A stretch of 64,000 nucleotides of DNA from Minisyncoccota bacterium (lineage in GTDB: Bacteria > Patescibacteriota > Minisyncoccia > Phycocordibacterales > Phycocordibacteraceae). A program made the translations under genes and the position numbers. This document shows, piece by piece, positions 1 to 9,388 of this stretch. The stretch covers positions 76,108 through 140,107 of the forward strand of contig DASZVH010000004.1 in assembly GCA_035547315.1 (NCBI GenBank), in the 5' to 3' direction. The notes beneath the pieces are model-generated. The model had not been told where the DNA came from. It saw nothing but the letters and a program-made list of their open reading frames with translations, and ran no database searches. Position 1 is the first letter of the stretch. Every line of letters starts with the position of its first letter.

Positions 1-1606
1 CGCGCAGCATCTTGGCCCCGATATCGGCGAAGCTGCCGCCGACCTTCTTGCCGGGGTTGAAGATGCCCCCCGGGTCGAATGTCTTCTTGGTCTCTTCAAA
101 GAGCCGCATCATCTCCGGGCCGAAGAGCATCGGGAGATAGGGGGTGCGGATGATGCCGTCGTTGTGCTCGCCGGTGGTGGTGCCGCCATACTTGATCACG
201 AGCGCGTAGACCTTGGGTGCGAGCTCGAGCACCACCTGCTTGGTCGCGGGGCTCGCGAGGTCCATGAGCGGGATGATATGGAAATTGCCGTTGCCGATAT
301 GCCCGGCGATCGTGTAGATCATCTTGCCTTCATACTGCGCGAGCAGGGCGTTAAGCTCGGGCAGGAACTGCGGGTACGAGGCCGGCGGCACGACGAAGTC
401 GTCGATGAAGGGCGCGGCGTAGAGGCCGTGCAGGTTCTTGCGCAGGAGCGAGAAGGACTCGCGCCGGACCACCCAATACTTCTCGCTCTCTTTCTCATTC
501 TTCTCTATCTTGAGGCGGATCGGCAGCCCCGCAAGCGCCTCCATTGCGCTTTGCGCCTTCTGGTCCGCCTCCGCGATCGTCTCCTCGGCGAACTCGGCCA
601 TGAGGATGAGCTTGGGGACGCCGCCCTCGGCGACCATGAGCGCCTCGGGGATAAAGTCGACCCCGAGGCGCGCCGCCTTCGCGAGGCCCATCTGCGCGAG
701 CATCTGGGGGAGGAACTTGATCGCGAGGGTGAAGGTCTTGTCGTCGTAGCTCTCGAAGGACTCGGGCGCGAAGGGCAGCACCTTGGCGACGATCTCGGGC
801 AGGGCCGAGAGGTCCTCGAGGAAGCCGACCAGCATCGCGCGGTGGGGCTTGGGGCGCACGAGGCCGAGTTTGGCCTTTGTCCAGAGCGCGAGCGTTCCTT
901 GCGAGCCGCAGATGAGCTTGGCGAGATTCATCCCGCCCTCGGGAGTGCGGATATCCCAGAGGTAGTAGCCGGCGGAGTTCTTGGAGACCTTGGGCTTGCG
1001 CGCCTCGATCAGCGCGGCATTCTCGGCAAGCAGCGCGTCCATCGCGCGATAAATCTGCCCCTCGAAATCGTTTTTGACCTTCTTCATCTGGAGTTCGGAG
1101 GGCGAGAGCGCCTTGAAGGCGGCGATGCTGCCGTCGGCGAGCACGCACTCGAGCTCTTCGACGTACCGCTCCGTCTTGCCGTATTCGAGCGTGCGCTCGC
1201 CGCCGGAGTTGTTGGCGACGATGCCGCCCATCGCGCAGAGCTCGCGGCTCGCCGGATACGAGGGCAGGATCAATCCTCGTGCGAGCGTCGCCTTCTCGAA
1301 GTCGCGGTAGTAGACGCCGGGTTCGGTAACGGCGTAGTCGGCACCGACTTCGAGCACGCGATTCATATATTTGGTGAACTCCACGATCGTGCCCGTGTTA
1401 AGCGGCCCGCCAGACATGTCGGTGCCGGCGGCGCGCGCGGTGATAGAAACTTTCGCACCTCGCTGTCGCTCGGCACCTACGGACTTAACGAGCTCTGCGA
1501 GCTCGTTAACGTCCTTGGGCCAGGCGACCTCGCTCGGCATCACCTCGAAGAGGGAGGTGTCGCGGCTCGCCTTGGCGAGCTCGGCCTTGTCCGTAGAGAT
1601 CTCCAT
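1..1606 (-). CDS. FAD-binding oxidoreductase (GlcD/D-lactate dehydrogenase-like), 3' end runs off the window
   Basis: Translated by hand from ATG 1606: MEISTDKAELAKASRDTSLFEVMP..ARAAGTDMSGG..YPASRELCAMGGIVANNSGG..GEHNDG..FDPGGIFNPGKK. Absent from the ORF track because no stop lies in the window. TATACT sits 6 nt upstream. Confidence 0.9.
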   Translation of the reverse strand, partial: MEISTDKAELAKASRDTSLFEVMPSEVAWPKDVNELAELVKSVGAERQRGAKVSITARAAGTDMSGGPLNTGTIVEFTKYMNRVLEVGADYAVTEPGVYYRDFEKATLARGLILPSYPASRELCAMGGIVANNSGGERTLEYGKTERYVEELECVLADGSIAAFKALSPSELQMKKVKNDFEGQIYRAMDALLAENAALIEARKPKVSKNSAGYYLWDIRTPEGGMNLAKLICGSQGTLALWTKAKLGLVRPKPHRAMLVGFLEDLSALPEIVAKVLPFAPESFESYDDKTFTLAIKFLPQMLAQMGLAKAARLGVDFIPEALMVAEGGVPKLILMAEFAEETIAEADQKAQSAMEALAGLPIRLKIEKNEKESEKYWVVRRESFSLLRKNLHGLYAAPFIDDFVVPPASYPQFLPELNALLAQYEGKMIYTIAGHIGNGNFHIIPLMDLASPATKQVVLELAPKVYALVIKYGGTTTGEHNDGIIRTPYLPMLFGPEMMRLFEETKKTFDPGGIFNPGKKVGGSFADIGAKMLR

Positions 1607-1673
1607 GCCTCCAGTATACCGCCCGCTTTTTATGCACATGCAATTTTCATCGCCCAGCGGTAGTATGAGGGGT

Positions 1674-2366
1674 ATGAGAAGCGGCGCTTGGGCGGTCCTT
1701 ATCGTGCTTATCATCCTCGTGGCGCTGGTCGCCTGGTTCTTCTGGGGCCGCGGTGCAGCGGGCCCCACGGCCTCCTCGACGCCTCCGGCCGCGACCTCGA
1801 GCGAGCAGACCACCACAACCCCGCAGGGGCTCAGCTTCACCCTCCCGGCGGCCTTCGCGCTCGCGACGGGGCAGGAGCCCATCATGGTCCAGAGCTACAT
1901 CCCGCCCTGCGACCAGGGTTATGACTATTGCCTTTACAAGAACGACGACGAGTTCGCGGGCACCAACTTCGAGAGCGCGGGCGTAAGCATCACTGATCGC
2001 GGCGACCTTGGCACCGAGCGCCTCTGCCTCGACACGCCGCCCGCCGGCTACGCGAGCACGATTACCCCGGACAACACCGTCTCGGGCGACACCTACTCCG
2101 CGAGCGTCTTCGCCGGCCTCGGCAACGCCGCCGCCGGCCACAGCGCGGTAGACAGCTACTACCGCCTCTACGACCGCAGCAACAGCACCTGCACCGAGCT
2201 TGACGCGCGGGTCGCAGAGAGCGCCTACGGCAACTACCCGGCCGGCACGATCGAGGAGTTCACCGCCGCCGACCAGGCGCAGGTCGAGAGCGAGCTCCAG
2301 TCCATCCTCAACGGCATGACCCTCGCCCCTTCCGGCACCCACATCAACTGGCCCAGCACCTCTTAA
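1674..2366 (+). CDS. Membrane-anchored extracellular hypothetical protein (N-terminal TM, Ser/Thr linker, Cys-containing domain)
   Basis: ORF 1371..2366 with start moved to ATG 1674, which follows TAGTAT; hydrophobic N-terminus; domain paralogous to the C-half of 12013..12966. Confidence 0.75.
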   Translation: MRSGAWAVLIVLIILVALVAWFFWGRGAAGPTASSTPPAATSSEQTTTTPQGLSFTLPAAFALATGQEPIMVQSYIPPCDQGYDYCLYKNDDEFAGTNFESAGVSITDRGDLGTERLCLDTPPAGYASTITPDNTVSGDTYSASVFAGLGNAAAGHSAVDSYYRLYDRSNSTCTELDARVAESAYGNYPAGTIEEFTAADQAQVESELQSILNGMTLAPSGTHINWPSTS

Positions 2367-2418
2367 ATCAAGGCTTCTCAGGAAAGAAAAAATTTCTCAA
2401 TACTTTTCGTTAGAACAT

Positions 2419-2874
2419 ATGCAGTATTGGTTGATGAAGAGTGAGCCGGGGGAGTTTTCGATAAACGATTTGGAGAAAATTGGGGAGGAACCGTGGTCGG
2501 GAGTGCGGAGCTACCAGGCGCGCAAATATATGAGGGAGGAGATGCAGATTGGCGATAGGGTGCTCTTCTACCACTCCTCCTGCGAAGTGCCGGGGGTCTA
2601 TGGGCTCGCGAGGGTGAGCCACCTGGCCGAGCCGGACCAGGCGCAGTTTGATACGAAGAGCAAATACTTTGAGCCGCGCGCGAAGCGCGCGGCGCCGATC
2701 TGGTATGGCGTGCGGGTGCGCTTTGTCAAAAAGCTCAAGCGGCCGGTGACGCTCGCGGCGATGCGGGCGGATACGCGGCTCAAGGGTTTATTCATCTTTA
2801 AGAACGGCCGCCTCTCGGTGGGGCCGGTGGGCGAGCGGGAGTATCGGCGCATCGTGAAGATGGCGGGGGAGTAA
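2419..2874 (+). CDS. EVE domain protein
   Basis: YWLMKSEP..WSGVRSYQARKYMREEMQIGDRVLFYHS..RLSV motifs. Confidence 0.92.
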   Translation: MQYWLMKSEPGEFSINDLEKIGEEPWSGVRSYQARKYMREEMQIGDRVLFYHSSCEVPGVYGLARVSHLAEPDQAQFDTKSKYFEPRAKRAAPIWYGVRVRFVKKLKRPVTLAAMRADTRLKGLFIFKNGRLSVGPVGEREYRRIVKMAGE

Positions 2875-2923
2875 CCAACCGCGGCCCCGGAGGGGCCGCG
2901 GTTGGTTTGCCTCCGCTCTAGGC

Positions 2924-3787
2924 TTATTGCACTACGACCGTCGTGGTCGCGAGCGGGAGGGTGGCGATGTCGCAGTGCGGATCGCTCCACATGCAGCCGA
3001 TGTAGCCCTCCACCTGCGCGGTGTAGGTGCCGGGGCTCTGGTAGGTGTGCGCGGTGGTAAAGGAGCAGTTGGGCGCAAGCGTGAGCGCGCTCCCGGCCGA
3101 GGCCGAGGAGGCGACCGGCGTCGCCTGGCTGCACGCGGCGCTCATGGAGCCGGAGTTGGCGCCGTCGCCGTAGTCTATGACGAAGGGCCCGCTGCTCGAG
3201 AGGGCGAAGGCGGAGAAGGAGACCGCGAGCGGCGCCGCGCCCGAGGCGGGCGCTGCCGAGAGGCTCGCCTGGCGCGGCGGGTTCGCGGGCGGGGGCGAGG
3301 AGACGCCGCAGCCGAGCTTGGCGCGGGTCATCGGGCCGAAGAAGCCGGTCGAGGGCAGGCCGTTGGCGGCCTGGAGATTTTTCACCGCGGCGGCGGTCAG
3401 GGGGCCGAAGTAGCCGGTCGCCCCGGCGGAGAAGCCGGTCGAGCTCGCAAGATACTGCTGGAGCGCGACGACATTGGCGCCCGTGGCGCCTTGCGAGAGG
3501 TTAAGCGCGACCGGGCAGAGGAAGCGGCCGGCGCCCGCGGCGACGGAACCCGAGAGGCTCCCGCCGCCGGCGGGCGGGCTCGCGATGGCGGTGCCGTTGA
3601 GGCTCGCCTCCACCTGCGCGATCGTGCTCGCGCCCACCCCGAAGGAGGAGATGAGCGAGACGACCGCGTTTACCTGAGCGCTCGAGAGGCTCGCGGCCTC
3701 GGCGGGGACGGCCGCGAAAGAGAGCGCGAAGAGGGCGAACGCGAACGGGGCGAGGAATTTGGCGAAGTATGCGGCGAGACGGTTCAT
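2924..3787 (-). CDS. Secreted protein with peptidoglycan-binding and PKD-like domains
   Basis: Signal peptide; LSQGATGANVVALQQYL..TGYFGPLTAAAVKNLQ (PG_binding_1); IDYGDG..HTYQSPGTY (PKD). Confidence 0.8.
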   Translation of the reverse strand: MNRLAAYFAKFLAPFAFALFALSFAAVPAEAASLSSAQVNAVVSLISSFGVGASTIAQVEASLNGTAIASPPAGGGSLSGSVAAGAGRFLCPVALNLSQGATGANVVALQQYLASSTGFSAGATGYFGPLTAAAVKNLQAANGLPSTGFFGPMTRAKLGCGVSSPPPANPPRQASLSAAPASGAAPLAVSFSAFALSSSGPFVIDYGDGANSGSMSAACSQATPVASSASAGSALTLAPNCSFTTAHTYQSPGTYTAQVEGYIGCMWSDPHCDIATLPLATTTVVVQ

Positions 3788-3903
3788 AGGGTGAGGTACG
3801 CTACAGGCGGATAAGGCTGCTCTCTTTAGAACGGCTCCCGGGCGGATTTCTTTCATCTGCCGATTCATCAACTCTTCACCCGGCTGTGAGGCATAGTAGA
3901 GCC

Positions 3904-4521
3904 ATGCGCCGGCCGGCAGCGGCAGCGATCTTGCTCGGAGCGGCAGCCACCCTTGCCGCGGGGGCGGCGCATCTCTTCCTCTACGCGCCCGAGGCGGCGA
4001 TCGCGCCGCCCGCCGCGCTCGCGGAGGCGGCGGCGCGGGTGAGCACCAGCACGCTCCCGGCGCGTCTCGCGATCCCCGCGATCGGGGTGGACGCGCCGAT
4101 CGACCCGCTCGGCATCGTCGCCGGCGACCGCATGCAGGCGCCCGCCAATTTCACCGATGTGGGCTGGTATAAATACGGCGTCGTGCCCGGGAGCCCGGGC
4201 ATCGCCGTCCTCTACGCGCATCTCGACAACGGGCTCGGGCTCAGCGGCGTCTTCAAGGATCTCGACCGGCTCAAGGCGGGCGACGAGCTGACGCTCACCC
4301 GCAAGGACGGCGCGACGCTCCGCTTCAAGGTAAGCGATGTCGAGACGTACCCCTACGACGCCGTGCCGCCCGCGGCTATAGGCGAATCCTCGCCCGGGCC
4401 GGGGCCCGCAGACCCCGCGCGGGTCGTGCTCATAACCTGCGCGGGGGAGCCGACGCACGACCCCTCGATGGGCTTTACCTACGACCACCGGCTCCTCGTG
4501 ACCGCGACGCTCGAGCCGTAG
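3904..4521 (+). CDS. Class F sortase
   Basis: PARLAIPAIGVDA, VGWY..PG..G, AHLD, LITC, HRL catalytic His/Cys/Arg. Confidence 0.9.
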   Translation: MRRPAAAAILLGAAATLAAGAAHLFLYAPEAAIAPPAALAEAAARVSTSTLPARLAIPAIGVDAPIDPLGIVAGDRMQAPANFTDVGWYKYGVVPGSPGIAVLYAHLDNGLGLSGVFKDLDRLKAGDELTLTRKDGATLRFKVSDVETYPYDAVPPAAIGESSPGPGPADPARVVLITCAGEPTHDPSMGFTYDHRLLVTATLEP

Positions 4522-4524
4522 TGC

Positions 4525-4552
4525 TTTACAAAACAAATGAGTAGTGTATTAT
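4525..4552 (+). promoter_or_regulatory. Putative sigma70 promoter of mlaA
   Basis: TTTACA-16 nt-TATTAT in an AT-rich spacer, followed by a purine-rich leader (GAGGGAG). Confidence 0.5.
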
Positions 4553-4589
4553 AGAGCAAGTACGGCCTTTCAAGAGGGAGAGCAGAGTA

Positions 4590-5291
4590 ATGAGCAAACA
4601 TATTGTCGCGGCCGCGCTGGCCGCTCTGACGCTCGCCGGCTGCGCAAGCGCCGGGGGCCAGAACGACCCCTTCGAGGGGGTGAATCGAAAAGTGTTCGCC
4701 TTCAACGAACGCTTCGACGACCGCGTCGCCATCCCGGCGACGCACGCCTACCACAAGATCACGACGCCCGGCATCCGCGCGGCGCTGCACGATATCGTGC
4801 AGAACTTGCGCGAGCCGATCAACTTCTTCAATGACCTCGGCCAGGGGGACTTCTCCCAGGCGGGCGTCACGCTCGGCCGGATGGCGCTCAACAGCACCGC
4901 CGGACTCGGCGGCATCGGCGACCCGGCCGCCAAGGCGGGCCTGCCGTATCGCGAAGAGGACTTCGGCCAGACGCTCGCCGTCTGGGGCGCGCCGGAAGGG
5001 TCCTACCTGGTCCTGCCGCTCCTCGGGCCCTCGAGCCCGCGCGCGCTGGCGGGCAGAGCGGCGGACGCGGCGATGAACCCGTTCTCCTACGCGAGCTTCC
5101 CCGGCTCGCACGCCCTCCATTGGGTGCGCTACGGGGGCGGGACGCTCGATCAGGCGCAACGGCTCTCGGGCCTGCGCGGGATCGAGCGCGAATCGCTCGA
5201 CGCCTACGCGACCGAGCGCAGTCTCTATCGCCAGAATCTGGCGCACGAGATCGCGAACGGCCATGAGCAGCCTCCCGACATCCCGCAGTAG
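4590..5291 (+). CDS. mlaA: MlaA/VacJ family lipoprotein
   Basis: Lipobox LAGC; DPFEGVNRKVFAFN, NLREP, NSTAGLGG, EDFGQTLAVWG..GSYLVLPLLGPSSPR, SLDAYATERSLY. Confidence 0.92.
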   Translation: MSKHIVAAALAALTLAGCASAGGQNDPFEGVNRKVFAFNERFDDRVAIPATHAYHKITTPGIRAALHDIVQNLREPINFFNDLGQGDFSQAGVTLGRMALNSTAGLGGIGDPAAKAGLPYREEDFGQTLAVWGAPEGSYLVLPLLGPSSPRALAGRAADAAMNPFSYASFPGSHALHWVRYGGGTLDQAQRLSGLRGIERESLDAYATERSLYRQNLAHEIANGHEQPPDIPQ

Positions 5292-5300
5292 CGGGAGTAT

Positions 5301-5332
5301 GCGGGCCGGACCTTCGTGTCCGGCCCGCTTTT
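5301..5332 (+). terminator. Intrinsic terminator after mlaA
   Basis: 11-bp stem GCGGGCCGGAC/GTCCGGCCCGC followed by a T run. Confidence 0.7.
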
Positions 5333-5347
5333 CTATATAATCGTAGG

Positions 5348-7081
5348 ATGACGCAGCGCGAGGCGCTCGAGATACTCAAGACGGGCGCGAACGTCTTCCT
5401 CACCGGCGAGCCGGGGAGCGGCAAGAGCTACGTGGTGGGGAGCTATGTCGAGTGGCTGCGCGCGCGCGGGCTCGAGCCGGCGGTCACCGCCGCGACCGGG
5501 ATCGCGGCCGCGCAGATCAGCGGGATGACGGTCCACTCTTGGAGCGGGATCGGCGTGCGCGAGCGGCTCTCGGCCGCCGAGGTCGACCAGATCGCAAGTA
5601 AGGAGCACGTCGCGCGCCGCGTGGCGCGCACCTCCACGCTCGTGGTCGACGAGGTCTCGATGCTTTCCGCCGCGCTCCTCGAGGCTCTCGACGCCGTCTG
5701 CAAGGAGATCCGTCGCTCGGAGCGGCCGTTCGGCGGTCTGCAGCTCGTGCTCGTGGGCGACTTCTTCCAGCTCCCGCCCGTGCTCCGCCGGAGCTCCGGC
5801 GGAGGCGAGCGGCAATCGCTCTTCTGCTACGACTCCGCCGCCTGGCGCGAGCTCAACCCGCTGATCTGCTATCTCGGCGAGCAGCACCGCCAGGAGGACA
5901 GGGAGTATCTCGAGGTCTTGAGCGCGATACGCCGCGGCGAGGTCGAGGAGCTGCACTACGAGCGGATCAACGCGCGCCGGATCGAGCCCGGGCAGGCACC
6001 GCGCCTGGGCGAGGCGCCGCGCCTCTACTCGCACAACGCGGACGTCGACCGGGAGAACGCCGCCGAGCTCGCCAAGCTCCCGGGGGCGCCGCGCGCCTTC
6101 CTCATGAGCGCGCGCGGCGCCCCCGCGCTCGTCGAGGGGTTGAAGCGCGGCTGTCTCTCGCCCGAGCGGCTCGAGCTCAAAGAGGGCGCGGCGGTCATGT
6201 TCACCAAGAACTCGCCGACCGGCCGCTACGTCAACGGCACGCTCGGCCGCGTGATCGGGTTTGACGCCGCCGGATTGCCGATAGTCGAGATGCGCAGCCC
6301 CTCGCCGGGCTCGGTGCGGCCGGCTCCGTATATCGCGGAGCCGGTCGAGTGGCAGGTGGAGGAGAACGGCAACGTGCGCGCCGCGATCAGTCAGCTGCCG
6401 CTGCGGCTCGCCTACGCGATGACGGTGCACAAGAGCCAGGGGCAGTCCCTGGACGCCGCGCTCGTCGACCTCTCGCGCGCCTTCGAATACGGCCAGGGCT
6501 ATGTCGCGCTCTCGCGCGTGCGCACACTCGCGGGGCTCCACCTCGCGGGCATCAACGAGCGCGCGCTCCTGGTCCACCCGGAGGTGCTCGAGCGCGACCG
6601 CGATTTCCGCGCGGCCTCAAGCGCCGCGGCCGAGACCTTCGAGGCGATGGGCGCGCCGGAGCGCGAGACGCTGCAAAAGAACTTCGTCAAAGCCTCGGGA
6701 GGCGAGTGGAACGCGCGCGCCGCGCCCGCGCCCGCGCGGCGCGGCGGCGCGGCGGCGCGGCGGCAGGCGATGGAGGCCAAGCTCGCGCAGACGCTCGAGC
6801 GCGTGCGTGCGGCGCCCTCGCTCGCGGAGGCCGCGCGCACGCGCGGGCTCGCCGAGAGCACTATCCTGACGCATCTGGAAAAGCTCGCCGCCGCCGGCGC
6901 GCTCTCGCGGGAGGATTTCTCCCATCTCCTGCCCGCCGCGGGCGACCTCGCCAAGATCAGGCTCGCGCTCAAGGCCAAAGGCGGCGAGAAGCTCGCGCCC
7001 GCCTTCTACGCGCTCAAGGGCCGCTACCCCTACGAGGTTATCCGTCTGGCTCGCTTGGGGTATGATGGGGCGGATGCCTAA
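5348..7081 (+). CDS. Pif1-family SF1B helicase with C-terminal HTH domain
   Basis: NVFLTGEPGSGKS, ATGIAA, VDEVSML, PFGGLQLVLVGDFFQLPPV, QLPLRLAYAMTVHKSQG, GQGYVALSR. Confidence 0.93.
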   Translation: MTQREALEILKTGANVFLTGEPGSGKSYVVGSYVEWLRARGLEPAVTAATGIAAAQISGMTVHSWSGIGVRERLSAAEVDQIASKEHVARRVARTSTLVVDEVSMLSAALLEALDAVCKEIRRSERPFGGLQLVLVGDFFQLPPVLRRSSGGGERQSLFCYDSAAWRELNPLICYLGEQHRQEDREYLEVLSAIRRGEVEELHYERINARRIEPGQAPRLGEAPRLYSHNADVDRENAAELAKLPGAPRAFLMSARGAPALVEGLKRGCLSPERLELKEGAAVMFTKNSPTGRYVNGTLGRVIGFDAAGLPIVEMRSPSPGSVRPAPYIAEPVEWQVEENGNVRAAISQLPLRLAYAMTVHKSQGQSLDAALVDLSRAFEYGQGYVALSRVRTLAGLHLAGINERALLVHPEVLERDRDFRAASSAAAETFEAMGAPERETLQKNFVKASGGEWNARAAPAPARRGGAAARRQAMEAKLAQTLERVRAAPSLAEAARTRGLAESTILTHLEKLAAAGALSREDFSHLLPAAGDLAKIRLALKAKGGEKLAPAFYALKGRYPYEVIRLARLGYDGADA

Positions 7082-8228
7082 GGAGCGCAGGGAGGAGGGA
7101 AAGCCGCGCGCGGCCGCCGCGCGCGGCGCGCATATCTCGCTCGGCCTCGGCGGGCTCGTCCTGATCGGCGCGGGCGCTTACCTCGCGCTCTGGAGCAACC
7201 TCTTTTCGATCGAGTACACGCGCGCGGACGGCGCGAGCTCGACCCCGCGCTACAAGGCGATCGACCCGGCGCTCTACAACCTCGAGGAGCTCGCGCTCGC
7301 GCACATCGACCCCTCCTTGACCACCCTGCTCCAGCCGCAGAACGCCTCCTCGACCTTGCTGGCCGCGACCACCACCGCCTCGAGCTCGGTGGCGATAGCG
7401 GGGAAGGCCTGGCCCGCGCCCTCGCCCTACCCGGCGCCCGGCGCGCTCCTCCCCGCGCATCGCATCGTGGCCTACTACGGCAACTTCTATTCCACCGCGA
7501 TGGGCGTGCTCGGCGAGTACCCCGCGGACCAGGTGCTCGCGATGCTCGCCTCCACGAGCGCCGAGTGGGAGGCGGCGGATCCGGCCACGCCGGTCATCCC
7601 GGCGATCGACTACATCGCGGTGACCGCGCAGGCCGCCGCCGGCGCCGACGGCAAGTACCGCGCGCGCATGCCGGCGAGCCAGATCGAGCAGGCGATCGCG
7701 ATGGCCAGCCAGCTCCACGGCATCGTGATTCTCGACGTGCAGGTCGGGCTCTCCGACCTGCCGACCGAACTCCCGCTCTTGGCGCCCTATCTCTCGCTCC
7801 CCAACGTCAATCTCGCGATCGATCCCGAGTTCTCGATGCAGACCAGCGGAGCCCGGCCGGGAACCGTCATCGGCACGTATAGCGCCAAGGATATCGACTA
7901 CGCGATCGACTACCTCGACTCCCTGGTGAAGCAAAACGATCTGCCGCCCAAGATCCTGGTGGTGCACCGCTTTACCGAGGACATGGTGACCAATTACCAA
8001 AACATCACGCCGCTCCCGGACGTGCAGGTGGTGATGGACATGGACGGCTGGGGCGACCAAGCCAAGAAGATCAACACCTACGAGCGCGTGATCGCGAGCG
8101 AGCCCGTTGAGTTCACCGGCTTCAAGCTTTTCTACAAGGCGGACTTGAAGCCGCCCTCGACCGGGCTTCTCGCGCCCGCGCAGGTATTGGCGCTCACGCC
8201 CGCGCCGATTTTCATCCAGTATCAATAA
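7074..8228 (+). CDS. Membrane-anchored conserved hypothetical protein (possibly glycoside-hydrolase-like barrel)
   Basis: N-terminal TM; conserved-looking blocks RIVAYYG, ILDVQVG, LAIDPEF, ILVVHRF, MDMDGWG, GFKLFY. Confidence 0.7.
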   Translation: MPKERREEGKPRAAAARGAHISLGLGGLVLIGAGAYLALWSNLFSIEYTRADGASSTPRYKAIDPALYNLEELALAHIDPSLTTLLQPQNASSTLLAATTTASSSVAIAGKAWPAPSPYPAPGALLPAHRIVAYYGNFYSTAMGVLGEYPADQVLAMLASTSAEWEAADPATPVIPAIDYIAVTAQAAAGADGKYRARMPASQIEQAIAMASQLHGIVILDVQVGLSDLPTELPLLAPYLSLPNVNLAIDPEFSMQTSGARPGTVIGTYSAKDIDYAIDYLDSLVKQNDLPPKILVVHRFTEDMVTNYQNITPLPDVQVVMDMDGWGDQAKKINTYERVIASEPVEFTGFKLFYKADLKPPSTGLLAPAQVLALTPAPIFIQYQ

Positions 8229-8259
8229 GATGCGCGCTCGCTTCGCGAGCGCGCATCTT
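8227..8259. terminator. Perfect 15-bp hairpin between convergent genes
   Basis: AAGATGCGCGCTCGC-TTC-GCGAGCGCGCATCTT. Confidence 0.6.
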
Positions 8260-8327
8260 GCGCACCGTTTATTTATCCCCGGGCGTGCGGCCTGCCTTGA
8301 GGGCGCGCGCCGCGCGCGGCTCGGACG

Positions 8328-8513
8328 CTAGCCGTGCACGAGGCGCTGATGCTCCTGCTGGCTCTCCATCGCCCCCCAGAAGCCCAGCACGAGGATGATG
8401 GCGCCCGTGATGACGAGCGTCCAGGTCAGCGTCGCCGCCGTGAGCGCGAGGAAGGGGATGACGATCACCCAGATGCCGAGGATAGCGTTGATCCAATGCT
8501 GCCAAGTACCCAT
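8328..8513 (-). CDS. SPW-repeat small membrane protein
   Basis: WQHWINAILGIWVIVIPF pattern, two TM segments. Confidence 0.75.
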   Translation of the reverse strand: MGTWQHWINAILGIWVIVIPFLALTAATLTWTLVITGAIILVLGFWGAMESQQEHQRLVHG

Positions 8514-8605
8514 ATGTATGCGCGTTAGGCTGCTAAGTGCGCTATCCTCGCACGCACGCGGTGAATCACGGGTGAATCTCAGCGGCGTGGTACCATAGCC
8601 GGACT

Positions 8606-9388
8606 ATGGCGCTCGCGCTTGAGATACGAAATCTGGAGAAGACCTACGCGAGCGGCACCAAAGCGCTGGCGGGCGTCTCGCTTGAGGTGGGAAAAGGCGA
8701 CTTCTTCGCGCTCCTTGGCCCCAACGGGGCGGGGAAGACCACGCTCATCGGCATTGCCACCGGCCTTGTGGTGCCCACGGCGGGCTCTCTCTCGGTCTTC
8801 GGTATCGATGCCTTCACGCAGCCGGAGCTCGCCCGGAAAAGGATCGGCATCGTGCCGCAGAACTTCAACATGGACATCTTCGGCAAGATCGTGGATACGG
8901 TCGTGAATCAGGCCGGCTACTACGGCATCCCGCGCTCCGTCGCGCTTCCGCGCGCCAAGCAGATCCTTACCGACCTCGGCCTCGGCGACAAGCTCAATGC
9001 GACCGCGCGCGAGCTCTCGGGCGGCATGCAGCGCCGCCTCATGATCGCGCGCGCCTTGATCAACGAGCCGGAGCTCCTCTTCCTTGACGAGCCGACGGCG
9101 GGCGTCGACGTCGAGAGCCGCCGCTCGATGTGGAAGTATGTGCGCGGACTCTCGGAGAAAGGCGTCACCATCCTCCTCACGACGCACTACTTGGAGGAGG
9201 CCGAGCAGCTCGCGAGCCGGATCGCGATCATCAACAAGGGTACGATCGCCGCGCAAGGCACGCTCCAAGAGATCCTCGCTAAAGCGGGAGAGGAGCATCA
9301 CTCCGGCGACGGCTTCCGCGGCGGCAAGCTCGAGGAGGCCTACCTCGCGCTCACCGGCAGCCAGGGTGACCACACCGACGCGCCATGA
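8606..9388 (+). CDS. ABC-2 transporter ATP-binding protein (YadG-like)
   Basis: GPNGAGKTT, LSGGMQRR, LFLDEPTAGVD, LTTHY. Confidence 0.93.
   Translation: MALALEIRNLEKTYASGTKALAGVSLEVGKGDFFALLGPNGAGKTTLIGIATGLVVPTAGSLSVFGIDAFTQPELARKRIGIVPQNFNMDIFGKIVDTVVNQAGYYGIPRSVALPRAKQILTDLGLGDKLNATARELSGGMQRRLMIARALINEPELLFLDEPTAGVDVESRRSMWKYVRGLSEKGVTILLTTHYLEEAEQLASRIAIINKGTIAAQGTLQEILAKAGEEHHSGDGFRGGKLEEAYLALTGSQGDHTDAP

Noticed and set aside
1448-1490. GCCGAGCGACAGCGAGG REP-like motif inside the FAD oxidoreductase
   Set aside because: No clear inverted repeat and no evident lengthening of the protein, so it cannot be supported as an insert
164-1663. 499-aa plus-strand ORF, and similar long antisense ORFs (13634..15496, 18933..20684, 29518..31413, 40173..42296, 56997..59234)
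   Set aside because: Shadow frames opposite well-recognised genes in GC-rich DNA; no motifs of their own
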